Source: Hadesarchaea archaeon | Lineage (GTDB): Archaea; Hadarchaeota; Hadarchaeia; Hadarchaeales; Hadarchaeaceae | NCBI GenBank assembly: GCA_029259175.1 | Contig: JAPDJH010000009.1 | Coordinates: 32,001 to 96,000 of the forward strand | Length of the DNA: 64,000 bases | Direction of reading: 5' to 3' | Program-made: the position numbers and the translations under genes | Shown: positions 20,559 to 30,706 of the stretch, piece after piece | How the letters are laid out: each line of letters opens with the position of its first letter | Numbering within the stretch: position 1 is the first letter of the stretch | The notes under the pieces: model-generated | Told to the model about the DNA's origin: nothing | Seen by the model: the letters and a program-made list of their open reading frames with translations, nothing else | Databases searched by the model: none

Positions 20559-21055
20559 TCACTCACCTTTTCAAACTGCTTGAAAAACTCCATAAATTTT
20601 TGTTTTGATTGTTCAGACACTCTCACAATTACCATTCCCTCGCGAGGCTGTCCGTAAACGATCACCGCGCCGACCGGTGTTTGCTGAACAGCCGGGATAA
20701 CCGCCAAGTCCTCCTCTCCCTCGACCACTATCTTCAAAGGTCTTTCTGGACGGGTAAAAGCCTCAAAAAGTTCGTTGGTAAGAGTGCCCGCGGGATTTCT
20801 GACTCGAACCTCTGGTGCTTGCCATTTCTGGACAATAGCTTTCACCTCCGGAGAGGAACGATCACGCATTACCTTGAAATCGACAACTGCGATATCCGGG
20901 GGCACTCCCTCCCGAATAAAATGAGCGGTCACCACATCGCCGATAGTTATCAGGACCACGGGGCGCCGAGTTCTAAGCCATTCTGGAATTTCAGAAACAA
21001 GTTCACCCAGCGGCCGTCCGAGCACCGGTCGAAGACGGTCGGGAAGACGCCACAT
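20555..21055 (-). CDS. GTP-dependent dephospho-CoA kinase (DUF359)
   Basis: IGDVVT, NPAGTLT, VEGEEDLA, YGQPREG. Confidence 0.9.
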   Translation of the reverse strand: MWRLPDRLRPVLGRPLGELVSEIPEWLRTRRPVVLITIGDVVTAHFIREGVPPDIAVVDFKVMRDRSSPEVKAIVQKWQAPEVRVRNPAGTLTNELFEAFTRPERPLKIVVEGEEDLAVIPAVQQTPVGAVIVYGQPREGMVIVRVSEQSKQKFMEFFKQFEKVSE

Positions 21056-21078
21056 GTGCTCAACAACCGCTTTTACAG

Positions 21079-23937
21079 GTGGAAGAAAAAGGTTTGGGTG
21101 TGAGCGAGGTTCTGGATCTGCTGCCCCCGGTCATCAGAAAAATTGCAGAAAAGCAAGGAATCAAAGAACCGACGCCGCCGCAAGAACTTGCCATCCCGCC
21201 GATTCTCGAAGGGAAACACGTGCTGGTAATCGCCCCAACGGGGAGTGGCAAAACTGAAGCAGCGATGCTTCCCATTCTGAGCAGGCTCATCGAGGAAAAG
21301 GATAGACCGGGGATCAAGGCAGTATATGTGGCGCCTCTAAGAGCGCTCAACAGAGACATGCTACGACGTTTCGAAAGGTGGGCTGAGGAACTCGACATCT
21401 CGGTTACTGTCCGGCACGGGGACACCACTCTCGCTGAGAGAAGAAAACAATCCAAGCAGCCCCCAGACATGCTTATCACTACTCCAGAAACTCTGCAAGC
21501 AATCCTCCCCGGAAAAAACTTTAGGAAACACCTAAGCGCCGTGCGATGGGTGGTAGTGGACGAAGTGCACGAATTGTATGGGGACAAGAGGGGGGCTCAA
21601 CTCTCAATTGGTCTGGAACGCTTGGTCGAGTTGGCCGGTGAATTCCAGCGGATTGGCCTTTCAGCCACTGTTGGCGAACCCAGGCGGGTTGGCAAGTTCT
21701 TGGTTGGAGCCCATCGCGAAGTGGTGATCGTTAATGCCACACACGAAAAAGAAATGGAAATTGTAGTCGAGACACCGAGTGTTACTCCGCTAGACACTGA
21801 GCTAACCGAGAAGCTTGGTGTGGACCCACTAACAGCTGCACGCATTCGCAGAGTGAAAGAGATAATCCAACAACATCCCGGATGTCTCGTATTCGTCAAC
21901 ACCCGAGAGACGGCCGAGTTCTTAGGCTCCAAGCTCCGGTTGCTGGAGATTCCCATCAGCGTGCATCATGGGTCGCTCGCACGAGAAACGAGGCTCGCCG
22001 GAGAACAAAAGTTCAAAGAGGGAGAGCTAGAAGCGCTTGTATGCACTTCCTCTATGGAATTGGGACTAGATATCGGGCGCGTCTCGCTGGTGATCCAGTA
22101 TTCGTCGCCGAGACAGGCCGTGAGAGCAATCCAGCGAATTGGACGGGCTGGACACAAAACTTGGAGGGTTTCCAGAGGAATCATACTAGCCACTAGTCCC
22201 GAAGATGCGCTCGAATCAGCTGTCATAGGGCGCCGAGCAAAAAACGCGTTATTAGAAGCGGAAAAAGCGCACGAACAGGCTTTGGATGTGTTGGCTCACC
22301 AAATTGTTGGAATCGTGTTGGACAAAGGGGAAACACAAAGGGAAGAGATACTCAGCATAGTTCAGCGGAGCGCGTTTTATGAAGGAATGAGTGAGCGTAG
22401 GTTCGAGAGAGTGTTGGGACAGTTAGAATCCCAAAGACTCATAACAAACGCTGGAGAAAAAATCAAAGCTCGGAGAAAAGGATTCGAATACTATTATACC
22501 AACCTTTCGATGATCCCAGATACCGTTCGATACCAGATAAGAGAACTCGCGAGCAGGCGAAAGATTGGTCACCTTGACGAAGAATTCGTGAAAGCCAACC
22601 TCTATCCCCAGACCACATTTGTGTGTAGTGGAGAAACTTGGAAAGTCCTAGAAATCAACGACGAGAAAAAAGTAGTACTCGTGGAAAAACATGACGACCC
22701 TACGGGGGCAATTCCTGCATGGGAGGGAGAGCTGATCCCTGTGAGTGAGCAAACAGCTAAAGATGTGGCGCGTTGGAGAAAAAACATTGAAACCCTTCTA
22801 CGAGGCGGAAAAACCAAAGAGGAAGTAGTCCAGAGAATCAGAGCTGAGCTACCACTGGCCCAAGAAGCGGCCGAGTGGATAGTGGACGAAATCGCGGAGC
22901 TCTTGAATGACCGATTCCCAGTTCCAACAGACAAACGTGTGGTGCTCGAAACAGTGGGGAATTATGTTGTGATCCACGTGCCCGGAGGAACAGTAATCAA
23001 CAGAACGCTGGGGTGGGTTCTCGGAGAATTGCTCACGGCTCGCATCGGATCTAGCGTGCGTGTGAAGACGGATTCATACCGCATAGCTCTCGGCTTTCCT
23101 GCCAGTGGTCAGCCGTCTTTGGTTCGGGAATTGTTGCAACAGCTAGATAAAACACACATCCAAACAGTCAGCGAGCTGACCATCAAAAAAAGTGCTGCGT
23201 TCAGATGGAGACTCCTGCAGGTAGCTAAACGCTTTGGAACAATTCGGAAAGATGCCGATCTCTCCTCTGTCCCTATTCACAAACTAATAGACTCGCTCGC
23301 TGAGACACCCGTGTTTGAGGAGACCTATCGGGAAATGATGACGGATCGGCTGGATTTCGAAGGCACAGCGAACATGTTGAATGAAATAAAGAAGGCTGAA
23401 GTAGTTGAAGTATTTCGTGGAGAGCCCTCCATTTTGGCTTGGTATTTGCTCAACCAACTAAGCGGAGGAGAAGTTATAATTCCAAAGCGGGCGGAACGAG
23501 AGATTCTGGCCATGGTAAAACACCGGTTAGAGAACAGTATGATTACGCTAGTCTGCTTGAACTGCCTGAAGTGGAAGCAAACTACCCGGATTAAAAGGGT
23601 GGATGAAAAACCGCGGTGCAAGAACTGTGGAGCCCGACTACTTGCGATCGTTCCCCGTGGAGAAAGACACGTGATAGGATTGCTAAAAAAGCGCCGGGAG
23701 GGAGCAAGCCTAAGCAGGACTGAAATGGAGGTGGTAAAACGAGCAGAACGGACGGCTTCGCTGGTACTCACTCATGGACGGAAAGCCCTAATCGCTCTCG
23801 CTGGCAGAGGGATAGGATGGAAAACCGCCAGCAGAATTCTCGCTAAAAGCTATAAAACAGAAGATGATTTTTACAAAGAAATCCTGCGTGCAGAACGCAC
23901 ATATGCCAGAACTCGCAGATTTTGGGATCACAAATAA
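21079..23937 (+). CDS. lhr: Lhr-like SF2 helicase
   Basis: APTGSGKT, TTPETL, DEVHE, GLSAT, HHGSL, QRIGRAGH, C-terminal Zn-finger cysteines. Confidence 0.9.
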   Translation: MEEKGLGVSEVLDLLPPVIRKIAEKQGIKEPTPPQELAIPPILEGKHVLVIAPTGSGKTEAAMLPILSRLIEEKDRPGIKAVYVAPLRALNRDMLRRFERWAEELDISVTVRHGDTTLAERRKQSKQPPDMLITTPETLQAILPGKNFRKHLSAVRWVVVDEVHELYGDKRGAQLSIGLERLVELAGEFQRIGLSATVGEPRRVGKFLVGAHREVVIVNATHEKEMEIVVETPSVTPLDTELTEKLGVDPLTAARIRRVKEIIQQHPGCLVFVNTRETAEFLGSKLRLLEIPISVHHGSLARETRLAGEQKFKEGELEALVCTSSMELGLDIGRVSLVIQYSSPRQAVRAIQRIGRAGHKTWRVSRGIILATSPEDALESAVIGRRAKNALLEAEKAHEQALDVLAHQIVGIVLDKGETQREEILSIVQRSAFYEGMSERRFERVLGQLESQRLITNAGEKIKARRKGFEYYYTNLSMIPDTVRYQIRELASRRKIGHLDEEFVKANLYPQTTFVCSGETWKVLEINDEKKVVLVEKHDDPTGAIPAWEGELIPVSEQTAKDVARWRKNIETLLRGGKTKEEVVQRIRAELPLAQEAAEWIVDEIAELLNDRFPVPTDKRVVLETVGNYVVIHVPGGTVINRTLGWVLGELLTARIGSSVRVKTDSYRIALGFPASGQPSLVRELLQQLDKTHIQTVSELTIKKSAAFRWRLLQVAKRFGTIRKDADLSSVPIHKLIDSLAETPVFEETYREMMTDRLDFEGTANMLNEIKKAEVVEVFRGEPSILAWYLLNQLSGGEVIIPKRAEREILAMVKHRLENSMITLVCLNCLKWKQTTRIKRVDEKPRCKNCGARLLAIVPRGERHVIGLLKKRREGASLSRTEMEVVKRAERTASLVLTHGRKALIALAGRGIGWKTASRILAKSYKTEDDFYKEILRAERTYARTRRFWDHK

Positions 23938-23983
23938 TGAAGTTCTTATTATGGCATAACGCATTAATGGAGGAGGGAGATTC

Positions 23984-25243
23984 GTGGCGCGAGAGAAAAC
24001 CATTCACGACCCTGTTCACGGAAGTATGCGACTCGGAGGAATCGTGCTCGATCTAATCGACACTGTGGAAGTGCAGCGCCTTCGTGGGATAAAACAACTG
24101 GGGCTCGCAAATGTTGCCTTTCCCGGAGCAAATCATTCCAGGTTCGAGCACGCCTTGGGTGTTGCTTACGTTGGGGGCCGCGTTGCCCAGGAGCTCGGGT
24201 TGGACGAACACGAGCGTAACCTGCTTCAAGCAGCGGCGGTCCTGCACGATGTGGGACACGCCCCATTCTCACACACTCTGGAGCACCTCATGGTCCACAA
24301 GCTGAAAATGGATCACATGGAGCTAACAGGGGAGATAATAGGAGGGAAAATCGATATCGAGAAATGCAGAAATGTCAAAATTCGAGCACCCCGAGTATTC
24401 AAAGTGTTGGAAAAATGGGGAATCGCAGCAGATGAAGTCGCACAACTGTTGATCGGAAAACACAGGCAAAGATATCTAGGAGAGTTGCTACATAGTGAGG
24501 TCGATGTGGATCAGATAGACTATCTTCTTCGGGATTCGCATTACACGGGTGTCGCGCTAGGAATGGTAGACGCAGATAGACTGATTCGAACGCTTGCGAT
24601 CTCTAACGAAAGATTGTGTATTCTGGAGAAGGGTGTTGAAGCCGTTGAAGGAATGCTCACTGCCCGCGGGCTGATGTACAGTTCTGTATACTATCATCAC
24701 ACAGTACGATCGGCAGAAGTGATGATGAGTAACGCCGTGGACTGGGCGCTCGACCACGACACAGACGGGAGGTTGGAAAATCTATTTTTGATGAACGATT
24801 CGCAGCTGGTGGAGGCTTTATGGGAAATAGGAGGATATGCTGCCCAAATGATGGCTCGGATCGAGTACCGGCGGCTATTCAAGACCGCCTACATGGAGCC
24901 ACGTAGAGAGCTAACTGCGGGAGAAAAAAGAGAATACTTAAAACGGTTTGGAGAATTCTCCAAGATAAAAGAGATCCAAGCCGAGATTGCTGATAAAGCA
25001 AAAGTAGATTTTGGAACTGTGCTCTTAGATGTTCCAGTGGTAGACATTATCACTTCGGAGCCGCGAATCCAGAAAGTAGAAATGCCCGTGCTCTCAGAGG
25101 GCAAACTGAAAAAACTAACAGAAGTCTCATTGATTGCCGAAGCACTAAAACGCAGACAAGCGCCGCGTTATCTGGTTCGGGTACTAACGGAACCAAAGCT
25201 TGTATCTCGCGTAAAAAAAGCTGCAACTAAAATTCTGGGTTAA
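23984..25243 (+). CDS. HD-domain phosphohydrolase (SAMHD1/dNTPase-like)
   Basis: DPVHG, QRLRGIKQLG, HSRFEHALG, LHDVGHAPFSH, DVDQIDYLLRD. Confidence 0.9.
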   Translation: MAREKTIHDPVHGSMRLGGIVLDLIDTVEVQRLRGIKQLGLANVAFPGANHSRFEHALGVAYVGGRVAQELGLDEHERNLLQAAAVLHDVGHAPFSHTLEHLMVHKLKMDHMELTGEIIGGKIDIEKCRNVKIRAPRVFKVLEKWGIAADEVAQLLIGKHRQRYLGELLHSEVDVDQIDYLLRDSHYTGVALGMVDADRLIRTLAISNERLCILEKGVEAVEGMLTARGLMYSSVYYHHTVRSAEVMMSNAVDWALDHDTDGRLENLFLMNDSQLVEALWEIGGYAAQMMARIEYRRLFKTAYMEPRRELTAGEKREYLKRFGEFSKIKEIQAEIADKAKVDFGTVLLDVPVVDIITSEPRIQKVEMPVLSEGKLKKLTEVSLIAEALKRRQAPRYLVRVLTEPKLVSRVKKAATKILG

Positions 25244-25779
25244 CTTCGGAGGGCGCGCCACCCCAGCTCGGTGGGTTTGAGCGATCCATCCATGTATCCG
25301 AGAATCTGTAAGCGGCGGATTTGTCCTTTAGCAACCGCGAGCGGTACACCGACTTCGGCAGCCGCCCGTTCGATGGTAAGCCCGCGCTCGAGCCCACGCA
25401 TGAGACCGCGGCCCACCTCGCCCACTAAAAACTCATCGGCTATACGCTCCTTCACGGCAGGATCCAGCTTAGCACGGTTCAAAATTTTCCGTAGCAGTCC
25501 GGGTCCCGGTGGCATTCTATATTTTTTGTACAATGTGCGTTCACTGATTTTTGAACCAGCGATCGCACTTCGCAGTGATTCTAGATCTCTAACCAGTTCG
25601 AAGAGTGACGGATGAACTGGCATTGGTGCACCTTCGCTCTGCTGTGCTTGGAGCCTGCGGCGCAACTCACCGAGTTCTTGTTCGAGCTGTCGCTGACGGA
25701 CGATTCCACCACGACCGAAGAGCATGAGGGCCAATAGAGCGATTATCACCAGCATCAGAAATATATCGACCAGCCACAT
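25240..25779 (-). CDS. Membrane-anchored protein with coiled coil and C-terminal wHTH-like region
   Basis: N-terminal TM from ATG 25779; C-terminal TIERAAAEVGVP..RRLQILGYMD..PTELG. Confidence 0.6.
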   Translation of the reverse strand: MWLVDIFLMLVIIALLALMLFGRGGIVRQRQLEQELGELRRRLQAQQSEGAPMPVHPSLFELVRDLESLRSAIAGSKISERTLYKKYRMPPGPGLLRKILNRAKLDPAVKERIADEFLVGEVGRGLMRGLERGLTIERAAAEVGVPLAVAKGQIRRLQILGYMDGSLKPTELGWRALRS

Positions 25780-25873
25780 ATCACCGCTCAACCTAACGCG
25801 TTGAAATTTAAAAAGATGCGGGGTGAAAACGGGTAGGTTTTTATAGACCACTGCCCTAACTCTCTCGACCGCT

Positions 25874-26344
25874 ATGCGTGTGGCTGTGCAAGGACTCGGG
25901 ACCGTGCCAACCACTGTGCTCATGGTGCTAGAACAGGAGAAACCCGATGTCTGCTATGTGATATGTTCGGACTATCAGATGAACCACGTGGCAAAAGAAG
26001 CTGGGTTTGAAAAACCAAATCGTGAGCTCATAAAGGAAAAGGCTGAGGAACTGGGAACAAAGATCGAGTTCAAGCTATGTGATGTTTTCAATCCAGTATC
26101 CGTTGGTAATGTCGTTGGTGAGATCCTCAACAAGCTAAACCCAAAAGAGGATGAGGTGGTGGTGAACTACACAGGAGGAACAGCAGTGGTACGACTGCTG
26201 CTGGGGACTATGGGCGTGGTGCTTTCAAGTATAATGAAGGCGAAGGTTGTATACGCGATAAGCTATTCAGAAGGAATGGAGATCTCTGAAGACCACACGG
26301 AAGCTTTGAAAGCGATTTTCGAACGTCTCCGGATCATTAGCTAA
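25874..26344 (+). CDS. Stand-alone CARF-like domain protein
   Basis: N-terminal strand ending LGTVP, VYVI-type strand, central DxFN, VVVNYTGGT motif, KVVY. Confidence 0.65.
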   Translation: MRVAVQGLGTVPTTVLMVLEQEKPDVCYVICSDYQMNHVAKEAGFEKPNRELIKEKAEELGTKIEFKLCDVFNPVSVGNVVGEILNKLNPKEDEVVVNYTGGTAVVRLLLGTMGVVLSSIMKAKVVYAISYSEGMEISEDHTEALKAIFERLRIIS

Positions 26345-26350
26345 CGGTCG

Positions 26351-27598
26351 GTGGCGGTCTTGTTTGTAAAGGAGTTGCGGTGCCTCCGATGCGGTCACCG
26401 GCACCGGCCCGAGGATAAACCGTACGTTTGCGAAAAATGTGGAGGTAAAATCGAAGTTCAGTACGACTATGAGCAAATCAGAATATCTAGAAAAACTCTG
26501 GAAAAAAGAAAAAGGGGTGTCTGGAAATACGTCGAACTCTTACCGGTAAGGAATCCAGATCGTGCTGTCACTTTAGGGGAGGGAGGTACTCCGCTCATCA
26601 AAGCCGCGCGACTCGGGAAAAAACTTGGACTCAAACATCTTTACCTCAAAGACGAAACCCGGAATCCAACGGGATCTTTCAAAGATCGGCTCATGACAGT
26701 TGGTGTGACAAAGGTCTTAGAATTCGGAGCAAAAACGGTAGTTACGGCGTCCAGCGGAAATGCTGCTATTTCTCTCGCCGCATACGCTGCAAAAGCGGGA
26801 CTCGAGTGCTACACCTTTGTGCCCGAACGTGCTCCCGAAAGCAAGCTGGCTCAGATTTCAATACACGGTGCAGTGGTGGTGAAAGTAAAGGAGAAAGAGC
26901 GGGGTGATCCCACGTATGAACTCATGATCGAGTCTTGGAAAAGATTTGGGTGGCATCCGATTCCGAGTGCTGGAGCGTTCAACCCCTACCACTGGGAGGG
27001 TATAAAAACGCTGGCCTATGAGGTGTGTGAAGGTCTAAAATGGAGCTGCCCGGACTGGGTATTTGTGCCCACCGGAGCAGGAACTTTGCTGTCCGGGTGT
27101 GCAAAAGGCTTTTCCGAACTCAAAAGACTCGGCTTGACCAAAAACATGCCACGGATTGTCGCGGTGCAGGCAAAAGGGTGCGCTCCACTGGTACGGGCAT
27201 TTAGGCAAAACATCCCGTATGAGCGGATAGAAACTTGGAGAAAACCAAAAACTGTGGCTGGAGGGCTCATAGATCCGTTCCCGTGGGATGCCGACACGGC
27301 AATCGAAGGGATAAGACGCTCGGGAGGAGATGCCGTAGCGGTGAGCGATAAAGAGATCTTGCAAGCGGAAAAAGAGCTTGCACAAATGGAAGGTGTTTTT
27401 GCCGAGCCTTCGGGTGCCGCAGGGGTGGCAGGGTTGAAGGCGCTTATAGACGAAGGAAAAGTAGACGCCTCGGATACAGTGGTTGTCGAGGTAACGGGAG
27501 GGGGGCTAAAAGATGTGCAAACAGCGCTGGAGATCTCGAAACGGCCTAGAACGATTTCACCGTCCATTAAAGCGCTTTCCAAGCTCATCAAAATCTGA
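26351..27598 (+). CDS. thrC: Threonine synthase
   Basis: N-terminal Zn ribbon, LGEGGTPL, NPTGSFKDR, ASSGNAA, AEPSGAA. Confidence 0.9.
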   Translation: MAVLFVKELRCLRCGHRHRPEDKPYVCEKCGGKIEVQYDYEQIRISRKTLEKRKRGVWKYVELLPVRNPDRAVTLGEGGTPLIKAARLGKKLGLKHLYLKDETRNPTGSFKDRLMTVGVTKVLEFGAKTVVTASSGNAAISLAAYAAKAGLECYTFVPERAPESKLAQISIHGAVVVKVKEKERGDPTYELMIESWKRFGWHPIPSAGAFNPYHWEGIKTLAYEVCEGLKWSCPDWVFVPTGAGTLLSGCAKGFSELKRLGLTKNMPRIVAVQAKGCAPLVRAFRQNIPYERIETWRKPKTVAGGLIDPFPWDADTAIEGIRRSGGDAVAVSDKEILQAEKELAQMEGVFAEPSGAAGVAGLKALIDEGKVDASDTVVVEVTGGGLKDVQTALEISKRPRTISPSIKALSKLIKI

Positions 27599-27613
27599 GC
27601 GTTCGGGGAAAGC

Positions 27614-28045
27614 ATGAATCGAAACATATACAGATTGCTAGCGCTGTTTGGGAGTATGTTGGCTTTGGTGGGCTTTTTCCAAGAGTGGATCACCATTAAA
27701 GCGTTCGGACAGACCATTAGTTACTCCGGATGGTCGGCTATACAGAATGGGGCTCTTACCCCCTATTTCGAACTGCTAGGGGCGTTTTTTGGATTGCTGG
27801 CCGCCTTCTTATTGCTGGTGCGGCCGAGGCCTTATCTTAGGCTCTTGTTAATGATCACCGGAATGTTTGTGCTCATAGGGGTGGGTCTGGGAACTGCCGC
27901 ATTGGAGTTAGAGCAAGCATTCGAATTTGAAAGCTTTGGAATTCTCGTAGGATGGGGATGGGGAAGCATCCTAACCATGGTGGGAGGAGTGATGCTTCTG
28001 ATATCCTCTCTGGGTGTAGAACACATAGCAACTGCGTACTACTAA
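27614..28045 (+). CDS. Small multi-pass membrane protein
   Basis: About 4 hydrophobic segments. Confidence 0.65.
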   Translation: MNRNIYRLLALFGSMLALVGFFQEWITIKAFGQTISYSGWSAIQNGALTPYFELLGAFFGLLAAFLLLVRPRPYLRLLLMITGMFVLIGVGLGTAALELEQAFEFESFGILVGWGWGSILTMVGGVMLLISSLGVEHIATAYY

Positions 28046-28069
28046 AAAAAGGGAAAACTCTGGCCGGGG

Positions 28070-29122
28070 CTAACGCATTACCATAGCCATGACAGCTTTC
28101 TGAACGTGTAAGCGGTTCTCGGCCTCCTCGAAATAGAGCGAGCGCTCGTAGGAATCCAAGACCTCATCCGTTACCTCTTGGCCACGATCGGCAGGCCCGC
28201 AGTGCATGTAATAGGCGCGGTTGGTGACATCCAGCAGCTCGCGGGTGCAGATCCAGTCCTTGAACTGCTCCTGGTAGCGCTTGGCGCCCTCCTTGTCGAC
28301 TTGGCTGTTGTGTGGTGGGAAGAAGCTCTTGGGAGACCATGCCTTGGGATAGACAAAGTCGGCGCCCTCGAAGGCTTCCTTCATATCGTTGACTATTTCA
28401 AAACTTCCCCCGTAGCGATCGGCGTTCTCGCGCGCGGCTTGGATAACGCTGTCTTCTAGCTCGAATCCCTTGGGGTGGGCCAAGACTACATCCATTCCGA
28501 ACTGGGTGGTAATGAGGACTTCGCTCTGCGGAACCGCTAGAGGCTTGAGACCCCCTGAATAGGCGTAGGACACCACGAATTTCTTTCCTTGTAGATTTGG
28601 CTCAGCTTCGCGAGCTGCCATGATGTCCGCGAGAGCCTGAAACGGATGATAGAGATCATCCTCCATGTTGAGCACCGGAATGTCGGCCCACCGCGCGAAT
28701 TCCTCTATGATGCGATGTCCACGACCGATGACCCATTTTGCAGGATCTCCATAAATGCGTATGGCTATCGCATCACCATAGCGACTGAGCACCCGAGCAA
28801 CGTCCGAGATGGCCTCGGTGGCATAGGGGACCATGTCTTCTGGGAGAGTGGGAGTGTAGAGGTCATTCGGGCTAAGGAAGTGTCCGTGACCGCCGAGCTG
28901 ATAAATGCCCGCCTCGAAAGAGTTCCTTGTGCGGAGGGAGCGATTATAGAAGATCATGAACAGCGTGCGACCGGATAGATAAGTGGTGGGTTCCCGTTTT
29001 CGAAAGCGTTGTTTGAGATCTGCTGCCGCGTCAAGGATCGCTTTGATTTCCTCTTGGGTGAAGTCTTGGGTGTTGAGGAAGTCCTTGCCGGCCATCCTCC
29101 CCACATACGATGGTGTTGCCAA
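28070..29122 (-). CDS. YgeW/ArgF'-like carbamoyltransferase
   Basis: SLRTRNSF, HPFQALAD, AYSGGLKPLAVPQS, YPKAW, HCGPADRG, AENRLH. Confidence 0.8.
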   Translation of the reverse strand: MATPSYVGRMAGKDFLNTQDFTQEEIKAILDAAADLKQRFRKREPTTYLSGRTLFMIFYNRSLRTRNSFEAGIYQLGGHGHFLSPNDLYTPTLPEDMVPYATEAISDVARVLSRYGDAIAIRIYGDPAKWVIGRGHRIIEEFARWADIPVLNMEDDLYHPFQALADIMAAREAEPNLQGKKFVVSYAYSGGLKPLAVPQSEVLITTQFGMDVVLAHPKGFELEDSVIQAARENADRYGGSFEIVNDMKEAFEGADFVYPKAWSPKSFFPPHNSQVDKEGAKRYQEQFKDWICTRELLDVTNRAYYMHCGPADRGQEVTDEVLDSYERSLYFEEAENRLHVQKAVMAMVMR

Positions 29123-29264
29123 TTTTCCACCTGCTAATTCCAGAGAGCCCCTAAATTTAAAGGTGATGGTGCAGGACCGCTGGCCGCTGAGATCAGCTTA
29201 CACGACCAAATAAAGAACTCAAAAATGAATAAACCACCAAATTCCCAAAAGTAATGTGACGTCA

Positions 29265-29939
29265 ATGAAGCTCATTTATGATGGAAAGACAAAGCGGGTC
29301 TTTCGTCGCGGGCGATTCCTAGTTTTTCGCTTCAAGGATACTGTGCTCGGCCACTCTCCGGGTAAACCCGATCCGGGAGGAAACCGGGTTATTGGCCGTC
29401 TCCCAGGAAAGGCCGAGTTAGCCACTGCCACTGCCGTGTTTTTCTTCAAGCTTCTTCATGGCCATGGTATTCGCACTCACTTTGTCCGACAGCTTTCACC
29501 AATAGATATCGAAGTTTTCAAAACAGAACCGATTCCGTTGGAAGTGATCTACCGCAAGTCTGCTTATGGGAGTTTCTTGCGCCGATATCGCGGTTTCGTG
29601 AAACCTTTCTGCAAATTGGATATGGTGGAATTCACGCTAAAAAGTGATGAGCTGGGAGATCCGCTGATAACTCGCTCGGCGATCGAGCGCCTTCGAATAG
29701 CCACCCAAAAAGAGCTCCAAAACATGGAGCAAACCACACGTCGCGCGGCGAGGGTTCTCGCTACAGCGCTTGCAGATCGGGGGCTTGAATTGGTTGATTT
29801 CAAGCTGGAGTTCGGACGTTACGCTAAGAGACTAATAGTGATCGATGCGCTCAACGCGGATTCGATGCGCGTGGCTGATAAGCGCAGACGGATTCTCGGT
29901 CACCGCGAGCTGGCACGTCGGCTGGGTGTAAGCAAATGA
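29265..29939 (+). CDS. purC: SAICAR synthetase
   Basis: YDGKTK, FKD, PLEVIYR..AYGS, KSDELGDP, LVDFKLEFG. Confidence 0.85.
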   Translation: MKLIYDGKTKRVFRRGRFLVFRFKDTVLGHSPGKPDPGGNRVIGRLPGKAELATATAVFFFKLLHGHGIRTHFVRQLSPIDIEVFKTEPIPLEVIYRKSAYGSFLRRYRGFVKPFCKLDMVEFTLKSDELGDPLITRSAIERLRIATQKELQNMEQTTRRAARVLATALADRGLELVDFKLEFGRYAKRLIVIDALNADSMRVADKRRRILGHRELARRLGVSK

Positions 29940-30664
29940 AAGTCATCGATACGCACGCACATCTGGAGGAGCTAAACGATGTACAACGGGCTCTTGCAGA
30001 AGCGCGCGAGGCAGGAGTGATAAAGATTGTTGGAGTTGGATCGGATAGCAAATCCAATCAACGAATACTAGCGCTTGCAAAACAGTTTTCTGAGATGGTT
30101 GTGCCAGCCCTCGGCCTCCACCCGTGGAATCTTGAACACGACCCAGCTGAGGAAATCAAATTCATTGAAGTTCACATCGATGAGTGCATCGCTCTTGGAG
30201 AAGTCGGGATGGACTACTGGATCGATCGGGATCAAGAGCTCCAGCGAAGAACCCTCGAAACAATTCTGAAAATAGCTGTAGAACACGACAAACCTGCAAT
30301 TCTTCACAGCCGGGGCGCGTGGCAGGACGTGTTCGAGCTCGTTCGGGAAAGTAATATAGAACGGGCGATCTTTCACTGGTACAGCGGACCAATAGACTTG
30401 CTTCACCAAATTCTGGATTTAGGGTACTATATCTCCGCTACTCCAGCAGCCGAGTACAGTCGACACCACCAGCGCGCAATCGTCGAAACACCCATTGAGC
30501 GCATAGTGCTGGAAACCGATACACCGGTTAACTATCGGGGGATGGAAGCCAGGCCTGTGCACGTGCTTCGCAGTTTGAATGCGGTCGCAAAACTGAAGGA
30601 GCTCTCCCCGGAAGAAGTGGCTGAAATCACCACGCGTAATGCAATCCAGGTGTTTCGCCTGTGA
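29936..30664 (+). CDS. tatD: TatD-family nuclease
   Basis: DTHAH, GLHP, GEVGMD, LHSR, HWYSG, ETDTP. Confidence 0.9.
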   Translation: MKVIDTHAHLEELNDVQRALAEAREAGVIKIVGVGSDSKSNQRILALAKQFSEMVVPALGLHPWNLEHDPAEEIKFIEVHIDECIALGEVGMDYWIDRDQELQRRTLETILKIAVEHDKPAILHSRGAWQDVFELVRESNIERAIFHWYSGPIDLLHQILDLGYYISATPAAEYSRHHQRAIVETPIERIVLETDTPVNYRGMEARPVHVLRSLNAVAKLKELSPEEVAEITTRNAIQVFRL

Positions 30665-30706
30665 AAAAGGCAAAAGTTATAACACCCCTATACTCACCTT
30701 CTAAAG

